The notes under the pieces were generated by a model. It had not been told where the DNA came from and did not search any database. It saw only the letters and a list, made by a program, of their open reading frames with translations. Positions 41,501 through 64,000 of a stretch of DNA of 64,000 nt are shown in pieces. The DNA is taken from positions 3,100,001 to 3,164,000 of the forward strand of contig CDLV01000004.1 of NCBI GenBank assembly GCA_001244265.2, given 5' to 3'. This stretch comes from Microbotryum violaceum (Eukaryota). Within the stretch, counting starts at the first letter, position 1; each line of letters opens with the position of its first letter. Position numbers and translations under genes: made by a program.

Positions 41501-44061
41501 ACTGAACGAGCCTTCAAGACCATCCAGCAAGAGCATCTCCACGGCCGAGCCAACAAGAGGTATTGCGTAGCACCGGACTCAAGGAGCGAATCTCGACGGA
41601 AGAGCTGACAATTCTGCTTGCGCTCTGCACCTGCTAGGATCGACAATCTCGTTGTGGTCTTACTCGACAATGCTCTAGTTTATTTCATTTGGAAGGACGT
41701 ATCGGATGCAAAACCGGATCATGTTCTTCGAGATACTCTGGCAAATTCGATGGACATCTGGGAGCTTGGACAGTTCCGCCCTACCGAAAAGGAGGGCCAG
41801 TGGGTGCTTAGTTTACGGTGAGGTTTTACGGGTACCAGTGCCTTGGCTACCAAGCCCTTACTGACGCGAGAATGCTTCGGATTTCAAACTCAAATCCATG
41901 GATTCATCAATCACTCTCGATACTCGCGCGCCTTATTGTCCTTGTCGCGCATTCAAGCAAACAGGAAATAAATGCGCTCATCTTTGGGCGTGCGATCTGC
42001 TGGTTCACAATGGCGACTACCACACAGCGATGAGTGCGTCCGAAAGTTTTGATCACCCTCGTAGCGGCTTCACACGCCTAAAATCTGACAATTGGTGTGG
42101 GATTTCTCTTGCAGACCGCATCATGGCAGCAGCAGCAGCGGCAAAAGCAATGTCGGACATGCGGGACGGAACAAAATCAAGCAAGCTCCACGACGCCTCC
42201 GTCGAAGCCTTGATCGACAAAGTATTGGACTCTAAAATGCCATCGGCTTTGGAGGACGACAACGAGCCAGACGAGCCCTTGTCAGAGGACGAACTCGACG
42301 AACGCGACGAGGTGGATTCGGACGTCGAGGACGAGGACGAACGCGCTGCCGATATAGCCGATGTTGCTGAATTTCAGCCCAACTGCTCAACTGTCAAAGG
42401 TGAGCAATGTCTGAACGCCTTGCCGGAATGGAGACTTCCGTTCCAATCTGGTCTTGTTCTGTCACACAGGCAGATCAGCCAGGGACCGGCCATTGCAACC
42501 CCATCATAGCAAGAAGACAGCCAAACCGAAACTCTCAAAATCGAAGTCAAATTCAGGGGTCACGCTCGAGCACTCGGGAGAGTCGATGGCAAAGCAACGG
42601 CAGCAATTAGACGTTTGATACGCGACAAGCTCAATCCTGATCAACTTCGTCCAAAAACTTCCAAACACACCATCTTTGAGAACGGAACCACTCAGTTTGG
42701 GAAGACCCGTGGACGCCCACGTGAGACGAAATTTTCCAACAGCTTATCCTCGACCAAAGATCACGCGGCTGCCAAGCGAATGGCGGCCATTCCCGAGGTC
42801 ATAGACATCGAGGAACTGAGCGACGACGAGAGGCCACCATGCCAGCTCGCGCCGTTACAAGAAGGACGTCTTCCACTCGACATCTACGATACAGTTCAGC
42901 CGGAGGAGCGCCGAAGCAATGTTTCCGCCGTTAAGGACATTATCAAGCGCATTCCCAACGAGGTTCAGAAGGTTGATTGGGACGTATTCCTGGACATTCA
43001 CGCCGGCGACCACGCACCAGGTCTGAACTTGAGCTCCTTGCGCGAAGTGGCCAACGCTAATTTGTGGTTGAGGGCTTCGCACATCGATGCTTTCAGCAGC
43101 GCTATCAATCGGTTCCAAGGCCAACCGCCTTTCAATGGTCGGTCAAAAGAGGTTCTTGACCTTGAACCAACATGCTACGCATTCTATCTCGAAGGAGGAA
43201 AGTGCGCCAAGGGAATTGGAGGCACTCGACCAACCGAGCGGCAGCAGGGGGTGAGTTCGGATGGGAGTTCGCGAGCATATCTTTCTATCATTATTGACAG
43301 GAGGCCTGCTTCTTTGTTTGCGCTGCCCCTTTACCAGATTATCCTTTCTCGAACACCAGTTCTACTCTTCCCAACTCATGTCACCAATCATTGGATACTT
43401 GTCGAGGCACGCCTTTCGGATTGTACATTTCGGGTGTACGACTCTCTTTTTGGCAGGGAGAACATGCGCAAGGAGGCAAACGAAAGTCTCGATGTGAGTT
43501 CATCCCCATGACCATCACAAAGCACTTCAAAGGCGCTCAAACTCTGCGCAGCTGCTGACGTCATTCGCCCTTTCTGCCTGCCAGTCAATCATCACTTTCT
43601 TGGAAACTCGTGCAGAAGGACCGATAGAGCGCATCACTGGAGGCATCGATCGACCAACGGTCCCGTACAGAAATTGGAAGCGATTGATTGTCAAAGCGGC
43701 GAAGGCCGGCGATCAGCCTCAACCGGATAGATATCCTCAACAGACTGATGGCAACGCGTGTGGGGCGTTCGTGTGCCGAGCGATGGAAACCCTGGTATGC
43801 GCAGCAGTCGCCAAAATGGAACCCGATTGGAGCTGGGGCCCACAGGTTGAGCCAGGAAGATTTTATTCGGAGCTTCGAGACTGTATGTTGGATGTCACCC
43901 TGCACTCTCGTCTACGATGCGACATGAGCTCGTCTTGGTTTTCGGGCTCGCCGGAGTCTCCAACCGTCTCGTGTGCTACTCGTGATCCAGACAACGCGAT
44001 GGATAGCAGGAAGCCTCATGGCAATACACAGCCTGGAGATCACGTCGGTGAGTTCGGATAG
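38523..44061 (+). CDS. MULE (Mutator-like) transposase with SWIM finger and C-terminal Ulp1/C48 protease, multi-exon; tail probably continues at about 61500-61822
   Basis: FVGLDSSWR, FMIDK, LCQFHVLQAI, TNNVTERAFK; SWIM CPCRAFKQTGNKCAH; LWLRASHID, NHWILV, VYDSL, QQTDGNACG. Confidence 0.85.
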
Positions 44062-45202
44062 GATATTGAAGCTCCTGCATGCTCTATTGTCCTATGGAGC
44101 TCTGCTCTTCTCCTCCTCATGTCCCTTGTTGTTTCGGAATGACTCACCCCTGATCTCATCACCCGGCCATTGTTTCGTGCGCAGGCTACAGCAGTGACGA
44201 CGCGGAAGAAGTCTCACAACATCACAGTAAGTTCCAGGACAGAAAAAGCAACTTCTTGGCTTTGCTCGTGCCCTTGATTCCAGATTGTCACTCAATGATC
44301 CTTCCTCTCTTCGTGTCTGCGCCGCTCTAGTTTCCACCCCTGTGTCTACGAGATCCGTAACCTTCGAGGGGTCGAGTGTTGTGGGAAGTTAGTAAAGGGT
44401 CAGCGGTCCAGAGGGACTTGTGGCATTGGGAAGTTGGCGCGCGCGTGGCACGGCGCCGGATGGAGGCAGATGGCGATGTGGCGTATTGATTGGACTCAGA
44501 GGTGGCTCGCACGCCGATACTATCTAAGGCTCTGGTCTCGTTCACTCTCACTATCTCACAATAGGTTAGTTGTAATACATTTAACACACACTCGATATCT
44601 ATCTCGCCCATTTGCCTGCTACAAGTTGATTGACCTTGGCGATACTCTATCTCACAATAGGTCATCTATCAACGCCGTGTAGCTACAGCGAATCTTCATT
44701 CATTCATTGGTACTCCAAGTCCAAATCCACAACAGGTTATGAGTTCGACGACTACCACCAATGTATCGAATGAAGGGGACGTCAAGATCACCAAGCTCGG
44801 TAAAGATAACTACGAGCTGTGGTCGATCCAAGTCGACGCGTTCCTCGAAGGTCGTGGCTACAGCAGTGTACTTCAACACGGAGCCGACCGACCATCGATT
44901 ATGGATGTGCAAGCATGGAAGACTCTCCATGGCATCGACCCAAGTCTAGAGGAGGGCAAGGTCCCGACTCTAATCACCAAGTGGGATCGTAGGCGCGATC
45001 ATCATCTCGTGCCTCGACGATTCGAATCTCAAGATGGTCAAGAGCAAGTCGCTCTCAGCCAAAAACATCTGGGAGAAGTTGAAACAACACCACGAAGGGA
45101 ACGCCGATCCGTTCAAGATTCGCACGCTACTCTACGAGATTTCGAATGCGTCGTACGATGAGGACACCAACCTCGGCGAGTTTCTCCAGGGCATCACGGA
45201 CA

Positions 45203-45317
45203 TGTAATACCCCAGGCCCTTCACGACTAGGTTACACAGTCCAAAAGACTGACAATTTCAATAGATGCATATTGAAACCAGAAGGGTAGTTAAATAGCGT
45301 AAGGCAACCGAGCCTTA

Positions 45318-45318
<1 letters not shown>
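45203..45318. mobile_element. Short solo-LTR-like element (relative of 5786-6386), split at its last base by the LINE
   Basis: Starts TGTAA after GGACA and ends CCTTAC. The terminal A and second GGACA lie at 52308-52313. Confidence 0.65.
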
Positions 45319-45361
<43 letters not shown>

Positions 45362-45418
45362 CGAAATCGCGCCACCCGCCACCCTCGAAGCTACAAGTGA
45401 TACATCAGCCTACATTAG

Positions 45419-51656
<6,238 letters not shown>

Positions 51657-52449
51657 AGGCTGGGTTCGACTTTCCCCCCACCACCACCACACACACACAC
51701 ACCAAATTCTCGTGACATCATTTTATCCTACTGTACACTAAATAGATCGCTTTCATCTTTCATTTGTTACAGGTTCACCGTCGCGGATTATGGACCATCT
51801 CGCGATTTGGCGTCGACTCGGTGTGGCTCGCGCTCTCGGCTTCGGGGTTCTGAGTCAAGGGAGGGATCAGCGAACACAGGCAGAAAGTCGGCTTTGAGGG
51901 GCCAGGGACTGCCGATGGGGGAGGTTTTGAGGGACCTTCACCGCGTCTTGTTGTGACTGAGCAGAGACTTGGAGCGTCGAGGGTTGTGGTGGTTGCACAG
52001 TTGTGCTCTTGTCTTCGTCTCGACCGAGTGGGAAGTGGCTGTGGGGTGGGCCTTCTGTCGTTAGTACATTTATTTTCTTTCTTTTTCTCTTCGTCTCTCT
52101 TTCTCTCTCTCATTAGTCTCCTGGGGGGAGCAACCGCTTGGCTAGGGCATTTGAATCCGAATCTCGGATTGGTGGACTTGGCTCGTTTCTCGCACTTTTG
52201 CGGGCGGTTTGTGTTATCATTGTAGTCTTCCATCTAGTTTTTCCGTAGGCCAAAACAGGGGGAACAGGAATTGGGGGCAATATGATGAACGTTTTCTACA
52301 AAAAAAAAGGACAAGGTCGATCAACTCAAAGATCTCGGCCAAAAGTTCAAGGATGAAGCCATCGTCGCGTTTATGCTTCAAGCTCTACCTCCCTCATACG
52401 AGATGCTCAAGCAAGCTATAAAGCTCAGCGATAAGTGCTCGGTTGACTA

Positions 52450-57407
<4,958 letters not shown>

Positions 57408-57661
57408 GACTACGCCGTCAATCGACTTACCGACAAGTACAGTGAACGCAAGCTCACTGGCAAGTACGACAAATTACTCAAGAACGCGGGAGCGTTAGCA
57501 GTTCGCGAAGGCACGCAAGTCAAGCGTGATCCGAACGCCAAACGCGGTCGTAACAAGATCCACAGCAACAAGAAGAAGAAGCAACATAAGCATTCCAAGG
57601 GATCTGCGGATTCGGAGGAGTTGGCTTCTTTTGCATTGGTGGTCAAGTCTCTTGAGGAGAG

Positions 57662-57865
57662 AGTAGAAGTCAATGTTACCGTGCACCAGTCCGCCCGCCA
57701 TGGCTCCCAATGTGTGGTAGAACCACCGCCGGTGTAACTCGGGTGCACCGTCATATTCATCTATTCCCACTGGTTGAGTAGCTCAGCGGTCAGAGCAACT
57801 CTGATTAATAGAGTGGACCTGAGTTCAATTCTCAGTTCAGCCAAACTTTCTTTTGTTTTCCAATT
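57662..57865 (+). mobile_element. 204-bp insertion carrying a tRNA-like gene
   Basis: Absent from the homologous copia at 15421-15440; TSD GAGAG (57657-57661, 57866-57870). Confidence 0.85.
57772..57843 (+). tRNA. tRNA-like cloverleaf, anticodon position TTA, atypical anticodon loop
   Basis: Acceptor GGTTGAG/TTCAGCC, D stem GCTC/GAGC, anticodon stem ACTCT/AGAGT with loop GATTAAT, T stem CTGAG/CTCAG with loop TTCAATT. A and B boxes present; T-runs downstream. Confidence 0.75.
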
Positions 57866-58568
57866 GAGAGCCATTCGCTTCACATCAACGTCGCGAATAG
57901 GGTGTCACAGAACGACCAGAGTGAGATCTGGATCCTGGACACCGGTGCGAGTCAGCACTACGTCGGCAACGCAAGTCTGCTTACCGACCGTCAACATGGA
58001 AGTCTGAACGTTCAAACCGCAAGCGGTCAGGTAGTACATTGCGACACGTATGGTACGGTACGGTTCAAGTTGAGAAGCGAGGCCTCGCTCTCACTTTCAA
58101 ACGTCTACCATCTCCCGGGCGCTCCGGTGAACCTTGTCTTGACTCGTGCTCTATACCGATCAGGAGCTAGTTGCGGATGGGAAGACGGCAGGGATGTCAA
58201 CGATCAAGATCAAAGGGCTTACCGTAGCAAAGACGCTGAACGGTACCGGTTACACCCTTGACTTTACGCGCATTGTCAAGGACCAAGCTCATGTTGCAAC
58301 TCGTGCGACAGTGGGAGCGCCTTTGATGGAATGGCATTGTCGCTACGGCCACATCGCCGTGAGCTCGCTCAAGGAGCTTGTCAAGTCAGGCGCTGTAGAT
58401 GGACTAGTTCTCACCGACGAGAAGGTCCACGACTGCGAGCCCTGCATCAGTTCCAAGTCTCGCGTATCGAAGTTCTCCGAGTCGGTTACTCATGTCACCG
58501 ACGTCCTTCAACGCGTATTCATGGACATCGGATTCGTCGCAGAAGATCAAGTCAATTTTCAAGGTTGA

Positions 58569-58670
<102 letters not shown>

Positions 58671-58673
58671 TGA

Positions 58674-58919
<246 letters not shown>

Positions 58920-61900
58920 TAGGCCACATTTGTCGCGAATTGGGTCCTACACTCCAAGTTGGATGGCAAGACGGCTTACGAAGTTTTCTACGGAAAGAAG
59001 CCCAAGGTCTCGCACTTTTGTCCGTTTGGATTGACCGTCTTCGCGCAAGTCCCCAAGTCAAAACGCTCTAAGCTCGAGCCGACTTCAGTCAGGGGAACGT
59101 TCATCGGGTATGACAACGAGTACCACTATCCCGTGCTTGTCGACTCCGATTCGGAACACAAGGTGGTCATCACACGCGACATTGCGGTCTTGAACCTACA
59201 ACCAGAGGAGGTCCGTGCACCGGAGGTCACGACTTTGCTCGAGGGGCCAGATGAAGATGTGGGTCCCGTCTTGGAAGGCAACGACACCGGAGACGAACTT
59301 CAGGATGAGGTTGCTGTAGAGCAGATAGCCCCTGCTCATCCAAACCGTCCTCGTTGGGAACACGGAGATCCTGCGGTTAGGGGTCGAAACCCAGGCAGGT
59401 TTGAGGAGATCAACACAGGCAACGAGATTCATCAGCGTACTTGTGGCCAAAGACGCATCGCGGAACAACAAGGTCTCTTTGTCACAGATATACCCAAATT
59501 CGATCCCGAACCACCCATCATGTCTGGCTATGCGATGATCAGCACCGATCGACCGGCCGTACCCAGCAGCTACAAAGAAGCGATGAATAATGTCGAAGCG
59601 GACAAGTGGAAGGAAGCTATCCAGGACGAACTCAATGCGATGGATCGTCATCAAGTCCTTGCAGACTCGGATCTTCCCCACGGTGCTCGCGCTCTCGGGT
59701 CAAAGTGGGTTTTTGCTGTAAGGAGAACGCTCAAGGAGAAGTCATTCGTTACAAGGCTCGATTGGTCGCGCAAGTTTTTGCACAGCGATCTGGCATTGCC
59801 TACAATGAGACTTTCGCTCCTGTTGCTCGCTCTACGACGATTCTCTTTCTCATCGCCATCGCTGCATCCCAAGGACTGTGCCTCGAACAATTCGATTACG
59901 ACTCAGCGTTTCTGAACGGAACGATGACGGAGATGGTCTACATGAAGTATCCCAAGGGTTGGGATTGTCCTCAGCTTGGCCAAGTCCTTTGTCTTGTCAA
60001 ATCAATGTATGGAACGAAGCAAGCTCCTCGAGAATGGAACTCGGCAGTCAACAAACTCATGGTCGCTTGTGGTTACTCGCGATCTGACGCTGATTCATGT
60101 CTTTACGTCAAGCGTGTCGAGGAGATGTTCATCTACATTACTCTTTACGTCGATGATGGACTCGCTGCCTCGAACGATCAGACGTTTCTGGATTTGGAGA
60201 TCCAAGCTTTCAACAAGGTATACCAACTCAAGCGACTTGGTCCTGTGAAGGTGTTTCTTGGTCTCGAATTCCTGCGCTCGTCCAAGTTCATCTTCGTGCA
60301 CCAGTCCAAGTACATCAGGAGCCTTGTCGCTATGTATGGCGGAGATCACGGATCGAAGCACCCAGCGAAGGTCCCGATGGAGCCCAGGTCAAACATGGAA
60401 CACTCGGCGGAGCTGTTCGACGACATTGCACTCTACCAGTCAGCGTGGGAGCTTTGCAGTATGCTGCGCATCGTGCTCGTCCCGACATCGTCACTTTGGT
60501 TTGTGCAGCAGCTTCCAAGGTTTCAGCTCCTACCCAGGCCGACTGGATCGCGGTGAAGAGGATCATCCGCTACTTGCAAGGTACCATTGACTGGGGACTC
60601 AAGTACAACCTCGAGGGTTCGACTGTGTTCGAACTCTACTCAGATGCCTCGTGGGGAGACGACATGTTGACTGGCAAGTCATTAGGAGCGTTTGTCTCAA
60701 TCATGGCAGGCGCAGCAATTTCTTGGCAGAGTAAGCAGCAATCGATGGTTGCGACTTCGACTACTGAGGCCGAGATCTTGGCTGCTTCCGCGACAGCAAA
60801 GGAGGCCATGTGGCTTCGACGCCTGGCTGCGGATCTCAAGATTCAACAGCCTGGATCTACACTTCTCTGGGAGGACAATCAGGCGGTGATTGCGATCGCA
60901 CAGAACCCGGCTCATCATGGTTGGACGAAGCACTACAGTGTGCATCACTTCTACATTCGCGAGCGAGTTACGACTGGCGACATTCGAATCAAGTATTGCA
61001 AGACAGGAGCCATGACTGCGGATCTTCTCACCAAGCCGCTCGCTCGCAACTTGTTTGAACTTCATCGTGATGGATTGGGGATGGTATCCCGTGGAGCCTT
61101 GACTAGTGGGAGTGTTGTGGGAAGTTATTAAAGGGTCAGCGGTCCAGAGGGACTTGTGGCATTGGGAAGTTGGCGCGCGCGTGGCGCGGCGCCGGATGGA
61201 GGCAGATGGCGGTGTGGCGTATTGATTGGACTCAGAGGTGGCTTGCACGCGGATACTATCTAAGGCTCTGGTCTCGTTCACTCTCTTCTTCTTCTTTAAC
61301 ACACACTCGATATCTATCTTGCCCATTCGCCTGCTACAAGTTGATTGACCTTGGCGATACTCTATCTCACAATAGGTCATCTATCAACGCCGTGTAGCTA
61401 CAGCGAATCTTCCTTCATTCATTGGTACTCCAAGTCCAAATCCACAACAATCGAGACTTGCAAGGAATGTTTCGTCCTCTGCTGACACAGTCATTATCCA
61501 GCACCCACAACCTGGCGGTTTGTCACACGTGGGATCTGTACAAGGAAACAACATGTCGACAGCACGAACTTGTCTTGCATCGGACCAATCCGATTCGCCC
61601 CTAAACCGACCAACGCTCGCCTTTCCTTCATTTTCGCCAGTATTCGCCACGCGCAATATCGAACACCTACCAAAACAATGCAAGCACTCTGCGGTTCCTC
61701 AAGAGAGTAGCCCTTCCGCTGTTGTTACTCCCAGCAAACGGCGTCATTCGGAAGCGGAAAGCGTGACCCCAAGAGCTCCAGTCGGCAGAAAGCTTGCTCG
61801 CAATGTCGAGACCGAAAGTTGAAGTGTGATCTAGGTCATCCATGCTCGAAGTAGGTACAGTCTAGTATTTCATCATACCAAGAAAGAGCTGACAACTGGT

Positions 61901-62347
61901 TTGTTCACTTTGAGCAGCTGCACTAAGAAAAGGAGAGGTAAAGCGAGCCAAGTTTTTACATGTGAATACGTTTAAATATCGTTCAACTGCAATGATCATA
62001 CAAGCAAAAGTCCGCCGATGTCGAAGCGTGAATTATTAGAATCTGTATCCTTGCTCGATCTCTATAAACTGTTCTTCGTGGATGAGAGAAGCGAGGGACC
62101 GGTGCCAATTCTGGTCTAATCCCAGTCGGCGCAATCACGTTCGGGAGCGTCGGCCTTGGCGGTTCGGGCGCCGGACCGCTGACACCACGGGCGCGGAGAG
62201 GCCAAGCGGGGCAGAACATCGATGTAGTAGCTACTGCTTCGTCCGCCTCGTCTCACCGGCCAGAAGTACTATAGACCTATACATGCATCAAACTACTGTT
62301 CCCAGAGTGATACATCACACATTGCAAGAGATACAGGCGTCTATACT

Positions 62348-62475
62348 ATGTGGTACCAAAGTCCCCATGAACGTGGTACAAGAATGACCTCGGATGTGAT
62401 CCCAAAGTCCGCATCGATGTGATCCCAAAGTCGCCTCCGATGTGGGACCAGAGTTGCCATCCTCGTGACCAAAGT
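62348..62475. repeat. 23-bp-period array of a 15-bp motif (candidate transposon subterminal repeats)
   Basis: ATGTG(G/A)(T/G)(A/C)CCA(A/G)AGT-like motif at 62348, 62371, 62394, 62417 and 62440, partial near 62463. Confidence 0.8.
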
Positions 62476-62688
62476 GCCCTGCTATTCGCGGGATTAACCT
62501 AATTCCGTTTCGGCTTTTGCTGCAAGGATTTAACGCGCCGATTCAGGCTCGCGCGCACGGACCCTCTCTCTCCCGTGAATGTTGTGGATCTAGTGGCTAT
62601 GACACTTTAGATAAGTCCAACCCCCTTGTCAAGAAACATTGATTTTGCGGAGATAACCGAATATGTGATATCTAATCAGGCTTGATAC

Positions 62689-62896
62689 AAAAAAAAAAAA
62701 AAAAAAAAAAACTGTGCTTCCCACACACGCGGGCTCACGGGCGGTACTCGCAACACACGTTCCCTTTTGGGCCTTCACTGCGTTGTCGACGTTTCCCCCA
62801 GTGGATGCTATAGCTGTGCTTCCCACACGCGAGCTCACGGGCGGTACTCGCAACGCACGTTCCCTTTCGGGCCTAAACTGCGTTGTCGACGTTTCC
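62689..62896. repeat. A23 tract followed by a 102-bp-period tandem duplication
   Basis: A run 62689-62711; CTGTGCTTCCCACAC...GTCGACGTTTCC starts at 62712 and 62814. Confidence 0.9.
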
Positions 62897-63855
62897 TTAC
62901 CAGCTTCTATGGCTGCGTTCACCACCTGTAGGGACAGGTGCGTTCCTCACTCCCAAGACTACCTCCCAGCTGACGAGGTCGCTGATCGAGAGTTCCATCT
63001 TGCCGGACGTTCACAGCTGCTAGCAGCTCGGTATGAAACCCTCGACGTGGCTCGCTTAGAGTAGCTCGGGGTAAGTGCTTTGATACACCCAAGCTTGTTG
63101 CACAGTGTACTTTGCACTTGGATCCCTGCAAATTCTTTGTGGGGGCATTTTGTTCCGAGTCCTTGTTGGGCAACGAGCTAAATCGCATATCTCTCAGCAG
63201 ACCCTTTGCCGTCCTTTGCACCAACCGCGCCACAACTGTCTTCATACAGTGTCTTGACTTTGTCGCAAAGGTATGCTGAGACGATCAGTGGACTTGCTCC
63301 ATCATCAGTTGCAGCCGACTGACATCCAGAAGCTTGGGTCGCAAAGCTCCCAATTGTCATCCCGCCCACCATCCCTGTGTATCACCAAGAAGTTCGGACT
63401 CTCCTCCGTTTAGATCAATCTCTTGCAGTTTTCCCCAGAAGGCTGGGTTTTCACCGCTTGAGGTATTTGTTTAACAACTCCTACACCAATGTTGTCCTTC
63501 GTCTTGCTGCAACTCGAACCACTATTCCGCTACAACTCGCGCGAGTGGTCAGTAGAGTCGACCTCCCAGGCGCGCGCGGAGGGTTAGCGCAATGGGCCTG
63601 AGTTGGCGCAGGCTGGCTGACACGCGGCGCGAGCTGGAGCGTGTCGTCCCTTCTTGTGTTTCTTACCTTTTGTGCAATGCAGCTGGCACTCTCATTCTGG
63701 AACCTGGAACCGAACCGGCTCTGTCGCTTCCGCTACCTCTTCTCCGCCAGCCTCAACATCAAGTCAAGGCAGCGGGATCGGTTCCAGTCGCGACACTCCC
63801 GACAGTGCAACCTCATCTCGGGCCGACAAGCGTCGCATTAACGAGCTTTCAAGTG

Positions 63856-64000
63856 ATGGGCAGGATTCGGAACCAAGTGCGGCCAACCCGCTGGGCAAAA
63901 AGCCACTCGGCCGACTACCCAATCGTCCACCTGCATCCGCACCTGCACCGAAACGAGCTCAGGGTCGTCCGAGAAAGACAGACGAGGAGAAGGAGAAGAC
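63856..64000 (+). CDS. Partial hypothetical protein with an AT-hook-like motif
   Basis: MGQDSEPS...KRAQGRPRKTDEEKEK, open to the window end. Confidence 0.35.
   Translation, partial: MGRIRNQVRPTRWAKSHSADYPIVHLHPHLHRNELRVVRERQTRRRRR

Noticed and set aside
45203..45320. Possible self-cleaving ribozyme or IRES at the LINE 5' end (several hairpins, CTGACAA...GAAA)
   Set aside because: Hammerhead, twister and HDV cores do not fit. TG...CA ends, 5-bp TSDs and the homolog at 5786 explain it as a short LTR.
62712..63570. Minus-strand ORFs as a gene
   Set aside because: Short, stop-interrupted frames with no recognisable motif.

Overview
Eukaryotic, intron-containing fungal DNA. The host is inferred to be a basidiomycete, probably Pucciniomycotina (Microbotryum-like), from the TCG>TTG mutation bias and the transposon repertoire. 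About 95% of the window is transposable elements, many nested. The only clear host gene is an LCL3-like staphylococcal-nuclease gene (3739-5205). Retroelements: five Ty1/copia copies or fragments, a chromodomain Ty3/gypsy, several solo LTRs with target-site duplications (TSDs) and a full-length L1/Tx1-like LINE. DNA elements: Helitron fragments, one internally deleted Helitron with intact ends, a two-gene IS3EU-like element and a MULE transposase-SWIM-Ulp1 gene. Best candidate for an undescribed system: three divergent copies of an intron-containing gene in which a Ulp1/C48-like protease precedes a P-element/THAP9-type transposase core with no THAP domain. Each copy is preceded by the same GGAGGACCCC(C)GAAAGCCC head motif, for which no inverted partner is visible. 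Second candidate: a 204-bp TSD-flanked insertion carrying a perfectly pairing tRNA cloverleaf with a TTA anticodon. All domain calls come from motif reading by eye; no searches were run.
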